Below, one piece after another: positions 49,643 through 62,739 of a DNA stretch of 64,000 bases. Position 1 is the first letter of the stretch, and the number at the start of each line of letters is the position of its first letter. The notes beneath the pieces are model-generated. The model did not search any database. It worked only from the letters and a program-made list of their open reading frames with translations, and was not told the DNA's origin. The DNA lies in the NCBI GenBank assembly GCA_025603075.1, contig MU626285.1, positions 1-64,000 on the forward strand, in the 5' to 3' direction. Both the position numbers and the translations under genes were made by a program. This DNA comes from Neoconidiobolus thromboides FSU 785. Its lineage: Eukaryota > Fungi > Entomophthoromycota.

Positions 49643-51985
49643 ATGCCTTCGAAGCTCAACATTTTCAACCTTAAATTATTACTAATAGATACTATTCAAT
49701 GTCAAGATTTATTTGGTAATTATAACTCTATCCCCAATGTTATTGAAAGTTATCTAAATCATTTAAATACAAATACAATTTCCAGTCTTATTGAATACAC
49801 TTTGGACCCTAATCATAATCAATCAAGTTTACAATCTCTTTTTCCAGCTCCATCTTTCACTTGTTTATTTAATGAAGAATCTAATCAAGTTTCTATTGAA
49901 CAATGTAAATCCATTTTAGATTATAGTTTGACATTGCCTACTATTGGTATCAACGATAGTCAATCTTTAATCCAATTGATAGCTCAATTAATTAATATTG
50001 AATGTACACAAAAATTAAAAGTAAATTGTTGTAATGTATCCGATCATTTTTTTCAACTATGTATTGTATTGTTAAGTTATCAATTAATTATGTGGGGTAA
50101 ATTAAATAGTGAACAATTAAGAGATTTGGGCATTTATTTAGCTAATGGGTTAAGGTTTTTTAATAAAGAATATATGCAAATATTAATGGAAATTACTTGT
50201 CATTTAATTAGTTCTAAGCTAATTGTAAATGAAGAAGGTAAATTAAATTATTAATTTATTTTTATTAATTTATTTTTATTAATTGTTTTAGTTCCACTTT
50301 CAGAAAGTAGCTTTATATTAGAAATCAATTCATTACCAGTAACATCAAAAGTGAATTATCAACCATATTTCTATAATGTTATTAAAAATATTAGTTATAA
50401 TTATGATACTTTAAAACAAGTATTTGAACATTTAAAAACATTTAAAAATTGGTTACAAGTTAAGTTAATACTACAGCCATATCAAATAGTGTATGATTTA
50501 CAAATTTTATTAAGTGAAAAAAATAACAAGAAAAATATAGCAATTGATATAATGAATTTGATTAATAATACTTGGTTAGGACATTTAAAGAATGAAAAAG
50601 AGTTAACAGATATGTGTGAATTAATTCCAGTTAAGTCAAATAAAAAAGGAAAAAACGAATGTACAAAATGTAAGTTAAATATATTGGATTTTGGATTATC
50701 TTGTTTAGGTTGTAATAATCAATACCATTTTGAATGTGGAACTAAAATGATTGATGAAATAGGAAATAGTTATTATAATGAAAATAGATTAAAAATTGTA
50801 CCTATGTTAGATAAAAATAATTATACTAGAGTTACTTGTATTAAAACGGAATCATGTGAACAATGTCATCAACCTATTTTTGGCATCTGTAAACAAGCTA
50901 TGTTTTGTTTTAATAATAAGAAGTATTATCATTTAAATTGTATTAATAATACAAATGAAAAGGAGAGTAATATTAGTGAATTAGGTATACCATTAGAAAT
51001 AGAATTATATTTAAAAGATGTTAAAAGTAAGGAACTAAATTTATTAGAATATTTAATATTAAGAGATTATTTATATTTACAATTGAACTTATTACAATAT
51101 TCATCAATTGAAGATAAAGACAAATTAGTTAACAATTTTAATAATATAATTGAAAAATGGGAATTATTGTACCCAATGAATAATAACAATAATAATAATA
51201 ATAATCAACAACAACAAGAAAATAATTCAATAATATTTAATTATAGTGAATTACAATTATTTTTATTTAAAATGAAATTAACGAATCATCAAACAATGGA
51301 TTTAAATTATCAACAACATCAATATCAACCAATAAGTTATTTATCATTTCAACAATCCATTGGTTGTAATTTAATTCAATTCAATATAACTAAATCGATT
51401 CTTATTAATTATTTTGAAATTAATGGATTAATTGATATTTATTTTACATTTAATTCTATAATTAATCAATCTTATTATTCGATTTATACAACATTATCAA
51501 TGAATCAACTATCACTTTATGATTCTAAATTAAATTTTAATATATTAAATAATTTATTATTAGATAATGATATTAATAACAATTTAATCGGATTTCATTT
51601 ATTAAATAAGTTAACAAATATTCAACAGTTAAATATAGAATATTTAAATTCCATTATTTATTTAATGATTAATATATTATTAACAATTGATGATAATTCA
51701 ATTAATAATATCAATTCAAATGAATTGATTGTTACTGAATTTTATTCAACTAATATTCAACCAAAATTAAAATATAGTAATAATATTATTAACAACAATA
51801 ATAATTTAAATCAACAACAACAATTTAATAGACAATTATTAATTGATTATGTATTACCTTGGTTAATGGATACTTATTGTAAATTAGATAAAGATTTATT
51901 TGGTCAATTATTCTATAATCAATTAATTCAATGTTACTTTAACATTATTATTAATAAACAATATCAATATGAATATCAACAATTA

Positions 51986-52039
<54 letters not shown>

Positions 52040-55000
52040 TTAACTTTAATTGATTATGAGTGGATATTAAATAGTTTAATTAAATTTCAAATAATAGGAT
52101 TATCAGAAGATATATTTTTATCTACATTAGATAATTGGGCAATTAATATTAATCAATTATTACAATTACCATTAAATGAAAATGAATTATTTACATTAAA
52201 AAGATTATTAGCAGATAATTTTAAAGGTGTTTTAGTTAATAATCTACAATTTTATTTAAAATCAAATAATATTAATATAAATGAAATAAATTCAATGGAA
52301 TTATTAGAAGAATCTTTTTTATATAAATATTGTTTAAAAGGATTAGAATTAGATAATTATTTACCAACTAAATATTTAATTTGGTTAAAATTAATATCCA
52401 ATTGTAATTTATTAATACCTAATTTAAGTTTAATTATATTATTAACTAGTCATAATACATTATCAACTATTAATGATTTTATTTTATTATTAAATATAAT
52501 ATTAGATCAATTATTACTAGATGAAGCTAAATTGTCCAATTGTTTTTTAAAATATTTTGAGTTTTTAAATTATCAATTAATAAGATTAAGTTTTCAAACT
52601 TCATTAGCAGATCAAGAAAAAGCATTGTCATTTGTTGAATTATGTATTATAATAGCATTAATAATAACAGGAAATTTAAACATATTAAAACAAATTAATT
52701 ACTCATTTAAAACAATTAAAATACAAAAAAATGTAATGGATTTAAGTAGTTCATTACCACAATCAAATCAATTAACACTTCAATTTAAAAAATTATTAAT
52801 TAACCTGTTAAATTATTGTCACTTTGATTGCAATTATTTAATAATTTCATGTATTTCTAAATTAATATTAATAGATTTCAATTGCTCATGGTTATTAGAT
52901 AAATCAATAATAATTAAGTTATGGGATTTATTAAATCCTGAATTTAGTTTAACATCTACTTCATTATCTAATATATTAATGATAATTGGTTCTAAAGATC
53001 CCAATTTATTATTAGAAGCTATTTCATTAAGAGAAGATGCTTCATGGGAAGTACAATGGGAATGGTTAGATTCAGCTAATAGTTTATTAACGTCAACAGA
53101 ATTAGAAACACATTCTAATTCAAAATCAAAACAAATTAAAGATTTATGGAAATTTGTTGGGCCAATTATAAACCTATTTATTAATATTTCATTTTATCCA
53201 AATGAGTTATTAAGAATCAAATTAGAACAATTGATTAATTCAATGGAACAAAAAAGTTTAAATGTTTGTTTAAAAATTTGGTCTTTATATTTTAATTTTT
53301 CCAATATTAATAATAAATTATTAACAATTAAATTAATGCTTCATTTTAATACACTTTTCCCTCAATATCAACCAATTAAATGGAGTGTATTATATTCTAC
53401 ACTACAACAATTACAATCAAATATTATAATGGATTTAAATGATCTAAATAATTTAGATAATTTAAATAATTTAGATAATTTAAGTTCTTGTAATAAAAAT
53501 ATATATGATAATAATATTCCCACTATGTCTGATCCATTTACTAAAGATAAAACAAGTATTTGTAAAAGTACCACTTTAAAAATATTAACTTATCAATTAT
53601 ATTTTCAATTAATTGAAAATAATCATCCAATTACTAAAGTAGAAGTTTATACACTAAAGTTTTTATTAGCAAAATCAATTGGTATGGCTGATTCAAGATT
53701 AGAAATTAAAAACTTGAATTGTTTTGTTATATTGTCACCATTTATTTTTAATATTAATGATACAGAAGCTATGTTATTGTTAATAGCCATTATTGCTAAG
53801 TTTAAAATTTTATTTGATAGTCAAGCCAAAATTATTGAAAAAGAGAGTATATTGAGTGAAGAAAAGGATGACTTAAGGAAGGATAAAAATAATAGTGTTA
53901 AAAATAATAAGGAAGATTTATTACAAGATAACAATGTAGAAGATTTAATTTCTTATCATTTTATTGATTTATTTTTGAATTTATTTATTAGCAATATCAC
54001 CCTTCATAACTTACCAGAAAATTTAATATTAGACATTATTGAATGTAGTTCCATATTAATTTATAAATTTAATATAGATAATTCTAAATATTTAGATATG
54101 TTAAAAGAATTAATTATAAAATTAAATCAGTTATTAGAATTTAATTGTTCACATACGACCATCATAGCAATTATTAATTTAAATTATTTAATATTAAAAA
54201 AAGCAACCAAATTAGCTCAGAGTATACTATTATCTACAATACTTCCAATTGCTCAATTAGCAATTCAAAATAATAATAATAATAATAATAATAATGAATT
54301 AGATACTATTACTTATAAAGCAAGGATTTATTTAAATTTTATATTTCAAATGTATAATAATAGTGGCTTATTTACACTAATATTTAAAAAATATAATTTT
54401 CAAAAATACAAAACTAGAATCTTTGATACAATGATAATTACATTAGGTTCATCAATTATTAATATTGAACATTTAAATACAATTAAAGCAAGGGTTGAAT
54501 CAAATCCAATGGAATATTCAGCACCGATTTACGATTGTATTCAAAGATTAACTACAATTCAAGAAGAAGAATTTGAACATTTTAATAATTTATTAAATAA
54601 TTTATATCGATATATTAATTTAGTTTATTACTCTAATTATAATGAAAAGTTATTAGATTTAACACTAAGTCAATTACCTATTATTTTACAAAAACATATT
54701 AATCGATGGAGTTACGAGAAAATTAATTTATCATCTGTTTTTTTAATTTTAGAATGTATTGTTAGAAATAATAAAAATGTACAAGAGGTAAGCGAAATTT
54801 TATAAAATAATGATGAACTTTTTTAAATATTTAATTAATATTTTTATTTTAAAATTATAGAGTATTGGAGCGATTATCTATTCTTTTATTGCCTCTGTTA
54901 TAAAAGAATATCAGTTTTCCTCCATGTCCTTAAAAATGTTATTAGAAACATTAATGTATTATTATGTTTCCAAACAAAAATTAGATGAAGTGGTAAAATT

Positions 55001-56177
55001 TGGAATAGTTATATTTGATAGTTTAAATGATTTATTAATAGCTAAAAATCAAATACAACTATCTTTTCGAATAATTAATTATTGTCAAGTAATATTTCAT
55101 AAAGAAATTAATAATTTTCGAAGTAATGAAAATCTATTAAAATATATTGAAGTAGTTTATGAACCATATAATAATTTAGATCAATTAATTATATATTTAA
55201 AATCCAATACCACTTTTTTTGTACCCTTTCAAAAAGTACCAGATAAAATATATATAAATATTATCAACTATTTACAAGATTATAATAACTTTAAAAAACA
55301 TGATATAAACTCACTGAAATCGGGTATTTGGTTAGCTCATTTATTAGCTATTTTATATACAGAAAGATTTATTCCCAATTCTTCTTTAATAGAATGGTTT
55401 AGAACAAATTATAATGGTAAACAATTATTATTATCTAAAGTTTGGTTTTTACTAGCTTTAACTAATCTTCCTGGTGTGGATCATTTAATGCAACTTACTG
55501 CTTTTCAACCTATTTTATTAAATTTAATAATTGAAGCTATTAATTTACCATTGAATATTCAAACTCCAATGACTACTGGAAAATCAACTGGAAATGATCC
55601 ATTTTCGTCCACAAAATCGCCTATGAATACTATGAAATTAGGAACTCATGGAGGAAACTCATTAAATGAAATGAAATTCAATTATCCAAGTCAAAATTTT
55701 CAATTAGCTATCTTGTTAGCCAAGATATGGATCTTTATGTTATCTAAATTAAAAGAAGATTTATCAGATTTAAATCATAACCTCACTTCCACTATTGAGA
55801 TTACGGATAATTATTATATTTCATCATTAGAATCCAATTTTTGGCTTACATTCTGGCCTGCATTATTAGAAATCTTAATACCGGATGGTACTAATTCTTT
55901 TAATGAACCTGAAAAACAAATGTTATTAATTGAATTATTTTCTGAATTGATAATTTATTTGGAAAAATGTTATACTAAACCAATGCCATTAAATTTAGTC
56001 CCAGAATGGTTAGCTTTCTTTAGAGAATTTAAACAATTGGCTCCAAGTTTGGCAAGCAATAAAGGGTATCTATTAGCGCTGTCTACTTTGCAGAAGGAGT
56101 CCATTATTACTCCTTATTCGCAAGAACAAACTATAATATCACTTTTTGAAGACTTGGTTAAGGTTTTGAATGTTTAA
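49643..56177 (+). CDS. Very large (~2135 aa) helical-repeat-like protein with tandem C1/PHD-like zinc fingers, 3 exons
   Basis: Exons 49643-50237, 50292-54787 and 54861-56177 sum to 6408 nt in frame. Zinc-finger motifs CTKC-x10-CLGC-x4-H-x2-C and CEQC-HQPIFGICKQAMFC-..-YHLNC. The remainder is Leu/Ile-rich and probably helical. Confidence 0.75.
51986..52039 (+). repeat. (AAT)18 coding microsatellite (poly-Asn)
   Basis: Direct sequence, in frame. Confidence 0.9.
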
Positions 56178-56384
56178 AAAGGGGGGTTTATCTGAATAAA
56201 TAGTTAAAAATATAACTACAATAGTTATTATATTTTTAATTATAATTATAATATGATAAATTTTATTTTATTTTTCATTTTTTATTTTATTTCAAAAATT
56301 AATTTAATAACTATTATTAGTAGTAACCAATCATATCTATTTCAATTTAAAAGTAACTTCAACCTAGCAATTATCCATGATTTG

Positions 56385-58622
56385 TTACATTTCCTGTTTC
56401 TTTAGTGAAACTTGATTGATTGGTTCATCTTCATTTTCTCTTTTTATACCTTTAAAAGATCGACTTTCTTTTAATAATAGTTTTTGATACTTTCTACCAT
56501 CTAAATATGATTCATTTCTATCTTGTTGACTTTCTTTTAATTTATTGTTTTCATTTGCTAGTACAATACTCTCTTTTTTTCCCAATTCTATATTCTCTGT
56601 GGTTACTGACTTGACTTGACTTTCTTTTTCTTCATCTTCTAATGATTTTTGATCACTGCTATTAACTTGAAATTCATTGTTTGTTGAATGTCCATTTGAC
56701 TTGTCATCAGTATTTAAATTTCGTTTTTGTTTCTCACTTGACATTGTCAAATCATTTTCCTGTTTAACTTTATTTTCATTCAATAGACTAAAGCTATTTT
56801 CTTCCTTAATCTTAATTCGCTTTTCATTTAAATTATTTTCGTCATTGACATTAATTTGTTCTTCATTCGATAAAGCTAAACTATCATCCTTTTTAACATT
56901 GGAATGATTACCATTATTACTATTTACATTGGCTTCCTTTTTTATATTTCCCGATTGCTTACATTGATGACAAAAAAAAGCCATTTCATTTAAACTTTGA
57001 ATTTTATTACCATCACAATTAATTAATTGTTGACAATTTAAATGTTGCCAGACATTACATTGATCACAACAAATTTGTTCCGTACCATCATCAAAATTAT
57101 GACCATGCTGTCCACAAATACAATTAAATTCAAACTCTCCACTATCTCCAAGTATATCAATATCTTCATTTTCACTCATTTTACAAGAACGACTATCTTT
57201 GTTAAATGAATCTTTAATAAGTTGCTTTTTTAAATCTTTGATTCCTTCCACATCTCCTAAACCTCTTAATGCTCGCCTCTTAGCTCGAACTTCTCTTGTA
57301 TTGATCGATGGATGATGCTAATAAGATAAATTCATTTAACCTATATATTAAGAAAAAAGGTCGAAAAAGATTTACCTTAACGATATCCAAATTGACATCT
57401 TTATCAATTGCTTTAATCATTTTTTCTTGTTTTAATTTATCTTCTAATTCTTTTTTTTGTTTTTCTTTTTCTTGTAATCTAGAAGATCTTTTTGGTACCA
57501 TCGTAGCCAATGTTTCTTTTTTCTTAATAACTTTAAGTTTTGCTTTAAGTTCTGAACTAACTTGGGGTATCACATCTTCCATTAAATATTTGTACAATTC
57601 TTTTTCGATTACACTTCGACTAGTTTCAAACTGTTTTGGAAACTCTTCCCAATCGGATAGGGTTATACACATCTTTTAGGAAACTAAATTAATAACTGAA
57701 AATTCTTTTTGAAACTTAAAATTTACTGGTGACCAAGTATCATCAATAGAATCCCCTTGTTCTAAAGCTAATCTTTTTCTTTCACTTAATTTACGAATAG
57801 CTTTAGTATTGCTTTTTTTTGGTGGCGGTGCAGCTAATGTTTGAACATAAAGTCGATTATCTAAAATTTATTAAATTAATACAACGTCAACAATAGATAT
57901 CCAATTTCCAACCATCAAATAAATAATACACATTTCCTTTTTTATCTTCACCTATAGGTTCCACTCTCTTAATTGAATTGAGTCTTATTATTTTTAAAAA
58001 AGGGGTTAAAATTAAATTTACCAATTCCTCATAAGCATCTTTACCGCCTGCAGCTTCTCTAAGTTTTTCAAAAGCATCTCTGAATTGAAGATCACAGAGA
58101 AATTGGATGCAAACAATCTAATAAAAATAAACTTTGATAAATCCTTTTTTTTAAAAAAATCGATTAATTTACCTGTTGAAAAAGGGTTAAATCAAAAAAA
58201 CCACTTTCAATTTCTTTGTTTATTGGCAATTCATCATTATTTTTCAATAACTCTTTTTTTAATATATTTTCCCAAGTATCCATTCTATTTTTTGTTAAAA
58301 AAATTATTTAATATTTTTAATATTCTTAATTTTCATTAATCCCACCTAGCCCCCCTACCTGAGCTCAAATTGGAGCAAAGTTTGACCATATATCTGCCAA
58401 TGACTTCTTTATCTTGACGAATTAACTCTGCTTCAAAAGTCTAAAAAATAAAGCATGATTAGCTTAATCCATAAAGGTTCCTTTTTTCCAAATACTCACA
58501 TCCGTATGAAATTCGTCCATGCCATAAGCGCTGCCAAATAGTAGAAAAAACTGACATACATTAGCAAATTGCCAATAACTTCTTAATTTTTTTAATTCGG
58601 GATGGTAATCGGAATCGCTCAT
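56385..58622 (-). CDS. DDT-like/WHIM/PHD chromatin protein (RSF1/ISWI-partner-like), multi-exon
   Basis: N-terminal LRSYWQFANVCQFFLLFG, WHIM1-like FLCDLQF, WHIM2 RVEPIGEDKKGNVYYLFD|DNRLY, WHIM3 CITLSDWEEF, KRSSRL, and PHD CICG...ICCDQCNVWQHLNC...FFCHQC. The 3' end is uncertain. Confidence 0.8.
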
Positions 58623-59055
58623 CAATGGCTATAGCTGTATTTTTTACAAAAAATAGTTTAATATGTTTGAACATTGAATTTGATTAGTGGTCAATTTCGA
58701 TGGTTTAAGAACCAATTAAATCCACTTAATGCTATGAGTTGATTATTGTTAGTGGCACAACAGGATTCATATTGTTAAGGGTTAGAAAAGCAATTTTAAT
58801 TAGTTTAATAAATGTATTTAGGTATACAAAAGCTATAATTAAATGTAGTAATGGACATAGATTAAAATTTAAACATTTTTAATATTATTTAGAATTTAGA
58901 CATTAAAAAATTCTTAAATTAAATGTATCAGCAGAAATAACACTCAAATTAGGTACATTAAATATTTTATATTATTTTTGGCCTAAAAACACGAACAAAT
59001 TCTAGTGATTTAAATAAGCTTTAAGATTAAAACTTTACAACAAGTTTCAATCAAA

Positions 59056-59127
59056 TCTCGGGTAGTATAGTGGTGAGTATCCCCGCCTGTCACGCGGGAG
59101 ACCGGGGTTCAATTCCCCGCTCGAGAG
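59056..59127 (+). tRNA. tRNA-Asp(GUC), intronless
   Basis: TCTCGGG/CTCGAGA acceptor stem, D arm AGTATAGTGGTGAGTAT, anticodon arm CCCGC-CTGTCAC-GCGGG, T loop GGTTCAATTCC, discriminator G, and a T5 Pol III terminator just downstream. Confidence 0.97.
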
Positions 59128-59312
59128 TTCATTTTTATTATTATTTGATTTTTGCTTCAACCTTATCTATTGTAAACATATTTACTATCAGAAATAAAAC
59201 ACTTGAGCTTTTTCCCTTTAAAGATTACTAAAATCAAAAAAACATCCCCACACCTTCTCTGTATATCAATTCAATTGTTTTGTTTTGTTAAAAAAACATT
59301 TGAAAGTTACAA

Positions 59313-59508
59313 AGCTATTTTTTGACTTCGCTTTTTTCATTTCTCAAGCACTATTTAAACGGAAAATTTGTTGGTAAAATTCTTAAGCACAAAAATACAT
59401 CCCCATATCAAAATATTTTTTTAAAGAGTTTTACTAACAATCTTTCCACTCAGATAGTACTCAAAAAATCGAAAAAGTAATGAAATCAAAAAAAATACAT
59501 CCCCATAT
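59313..59508. mobile_element. Two abutting inverted MITE copies sharing one ATAT (59405-59408); an isolated right-TIR fragment lies at 59231-59250
   Basis: Minus copy ends tacatcccc|atat. A decayed plus copy then starts caaaatatt... and ends tacatcccc|atat. Confidence 0.75.
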
Positions 59509-59967
59509 ACTTATATTGTTCATTTAAAAGTTAATTTAAGTATAATCCTAGTATTTTAGTATCTAAGTTTGATTTTTGCTTTATTTTGTTAAATAATTTA
59601 TTGCTTAATTATTCAAATTAATAGATTAGAATACAATAGTTGATAATCATTGTTATCAATACACTCATGTTTCATTATTACTATAATATAAAGAAAACTA
59701 TCCTGGAATTTTAGAGCTCAATTTCAAATATTAATTTCTCAACAATTACATAGAACTACACACATGGGTTGATATTTGTAACATTTTGAAAACTAGCTAT
59801 AATTTTAGTAGTAACGATATAAGATACACAAAAATAACCAAAATAATATTGCTTGAATTTGGTATATAAATACATCTTAAAACTATTTAAAATATTATTA
59901 GACCCCAGAAATAGCATCATTTAAATTTGAATTGGTGATTGAGCTTTTTTAAGCAAAATTTACATTC

Positions 59968-60073
59968 ATATGGGAGTATTTTTTTTAACTTCATTACTTT
60001 TTCCTTTTTTAAGCGCTATTTAAGCGGAAAATTTGTTAGTAGAGTTCTTAAACACAAAAATACATCCCCATAT
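59968..60073 (-). mobile_element. MITE copy
   Basis: atat|gggagtatt...taagcgctatttaagcgg...tacatcccc|atat. Confidence 0.85.
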
Positions 60074-60376
60074 CCTTTTTAATAAATGGTAGAGAAAACT
60101 TACAATGTTATTTAAGTTAGCATATATAAAGTAATTTATAATATTTATAAATAGTTCTATATCCAATTAGATGCCTGCTAAAATACTATTATAAGTACAT
60201 TAGATCAAAACTCTTTTTTTAAAAATCTCAAAATAAACTTTTAAATGATTAGTAAAAGTATAAAAGAATCAAACAATAAGTAGAAGAGATGTAAGCAGAG
60301 GGATAATGTAAATGAGGAGAAAGGTTGTTTTAAGGCTGGGAAATTGAAACTTATCTTTTTGTCTTTTTTAAAAAAG

Positions 60377-60481
60377 ATATGGGGTTGTTTTTTTGATTTC
60401 ATTATTCTTTCCATCTTTTAAACACCATCTGAATAGAAAGATTGTTAGTGAATTCCTAAACAAAAAAATACATCCCCATAT
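60377..60481 (-). mobile_element. MITE copy
   Basis: atat|ggggttgt...tacatcccc|atat. Confidence 0.8.
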
Positions 60482-60525
60482 AATTTTTTAGCTTGAAATA
60501 AGTTGTATTAGAAAACATATTGTGC

Positions 60526-60731
60526 ATATGGGGATGTTTTTTAGTTTCATCACTTTTTTGATTTTTTGAATATTATCTGAATGGAAAGACTATTGGGGAT
60601 GTATTTTTATGTTTAAGAACCCTACTAACAAATTTTCCGCTCAAATAGCACTTAAAAGAGAAAAAGTAATGAAGCCAAAAAAAAACAGCCCCATTAGTAA
60701 AACTCTTGAACAAAAAAATGTATCCCTAAAT
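60526..60731. mobile_element. Nested MITEs: + copy (60595-60692) inserted in the middle of a - copy
   Basis: Left half ...ggaaagactatt plus right half attagtaaaactctt..., with ATT counted once, rejoin to the consensus length. Confidence 0.8.
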
Positions 60732-62739
60732 GTTTAAACTAAAATATAAATATTCTTGATATTTTATAGTATTCATATAAAGTTAATAGAAAAATGTTTT
60801 AAATAAACTAAATCATAACATAAAATTATACTATTCTTACATATAATTATAGCTCTCGAAAACCCATCATAAATACTACTTTCTTTCACATTTACATTCA
60901 ATATTTAATAATAGTAGTAATATATACAATATTTTAGCTTAAATGACTCAAAACCAGTCCCATTTTTTAGCATTCGAATAAACTATTTTTTTTTGATACA
61001 ATTTGTAAAAGCGATATTTCATATAGATACTAAAATATTAATACCAAATATAAATGCAAAAAAATGAAGCTTTTCAATTACTGATTCTTGGAAACTAATG
61101 ATCAAAGTAGATACTGGGAACCTTAGGACTATTCCTGCGCGCACTCTATAACTATTTAAAATAGGATCTATGTATTGGATAATTGATAAGAAACTATTTA
61201 TTAAAGCCACATATAGTTTATTGTAAAAAAATTGAAAAAAAATTATTTTAAGAAAATTTTGTACAATACTTTAAGAAGAAATTTTAGGAATAGTAAAAGT
61301 TGAGCTCAATATACATTTACCAATAGTTATAATATCTGATATAACTGTTTGACAATAAATAAGTATTTATATGGAAATTAGATTAATAATCCATTTTGTC
61401 TTCTTTAAAGCCATTAGTTAGTCAAATTCATCAAAGGTTATAAACTATGGCTGAACATATAGCAGGTGATCACTGAGTATCAGTCATTGGTAAATGCGTG
61501 GGAAATATTCTATATAAATAGGTATTTAAGAATAGATATTGTCTGTCATATAGTATCCGTTTGCAGATAGCTGATGATTGTTAACATTAAGTATATATGA
61601 ATAAGTGGCATTTATTCTATACGAGTTGTTTATGAATTGGTGATACTATTTTATGAGAAAAATACATTTAAGTTAACATTGTTTTTTTTAAAATCTAGAA
61701 GCAAAATAGTGCCAAGTGTTTTATCAAAAAAATTGTGTAAAAATGATTATTCCTCCTCATTAACTGGATAATTATTATTTAAAATAAATTAAATAAACTT
61801 ATAGTATTCTATTATATTAATAAATCTTCCTTAAAGATATGAATAAAGATGTGAAGCGAAATCATCCCTTAATTTAAAATAATGTGCTTTTTGTTATATA
61901 TCATAACCTTTTAGTTGGATTTATTTCTTTGAAGGTTATTGATATTAAATTGATATTAAATTAATATTCATGTTTCTGTTTGATAAATGTCAGTATAAAA
62001 GTAATATTTCTCAATAGAACTTAATAGTTAAATAATTGATCTGAAATAATTATAGTCTATTTTAGATATATTCTTAAGATTCTTTATTCTCAAAGTTTTA
62101 TTACCAAAATAAAACTATAGATACACCAATGAAGAGGATCCATTAATTTGTTTTCAAATTTTCAAATTTTCAAGTTCTTATATTTCAAAAACATAACTAT
62201 TACTCTGTTAAAATCCAAGTATGCTGTTTCTCACAAAATTTCTTCGACTGCTATTTGTTTGCTTGCTTTATCAAAATTTGCACTAAGTGCTTATTCTCAA
62301 ATGGGGGATTTATATTTCATAATTGAACTTTAAAATTCATATTGTTATATTTAGGTGAATTATTCAGAAAAATGTTAAACTTTGTGAAAACCTTTCTTAC
62401 TTTAGGTTTTTCCCAAGTAATCTCTATTTCTTGGGCAAAAAAATAAAAAGACTATTAACTGTAACACCAAATATTTTTTTATGTCTAAAGGCAAAATATT
62501 TTTCGTGTAAAAAAATTTAACTGTAACAATTCTACACCTTTACTGGTGTGGGTTTTACCAAAGAGGAGCACTTTAGAGACAACTTAATATACTATAATAA
62601 ATTTTGAAAGAATATCCATTAAGTTGAAGACTAACAAAGGGTCTATTTATTTGTAGAATAGAGCAGGAGAGAAAAAGAATAGAAATAAAGGACCGAGTTT
62701 TATCGATTATTTTTAGAAAGATATCAAATCATAAATTGA

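Noticed and set aside
57308-58339. Plus-strand ORFs 57308-57679 and 58085-58339, and similar shadow ORFs inside GPH1, FBA, GH17, NAT and PH genes
   Set aside because: Antisense or alternate-frame shadows of well-supported genes, with no motifs of their own.
13066-59720. Recurrent ttttagagc(t/c) motif (13070, 27590, 59710) resembling the start of a Cas9-type CRISPR repeat
   Set aside because: Only 9-10 bp long, kilobases apart, with no regular repeat-spacer array and no cas genes, in a eukaryotic context.
3570-61310. Apparent frequent AGCT/AGCTAT words in intergenic DNA
   Set aside because: Enrichment cannot be quantified by eye; it needs k-mer statistics against a Markov background.
61750-62450. 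Minus-strand stretch that looks like a decayed coding sequence (transposase-, methylase- or F-box-like fragments in different frames)
   Set aside because: All three frames have multiple stops and give only short, mutually incompatible motif resemblances. It cannot be assigned without TBLASTN/HMM.
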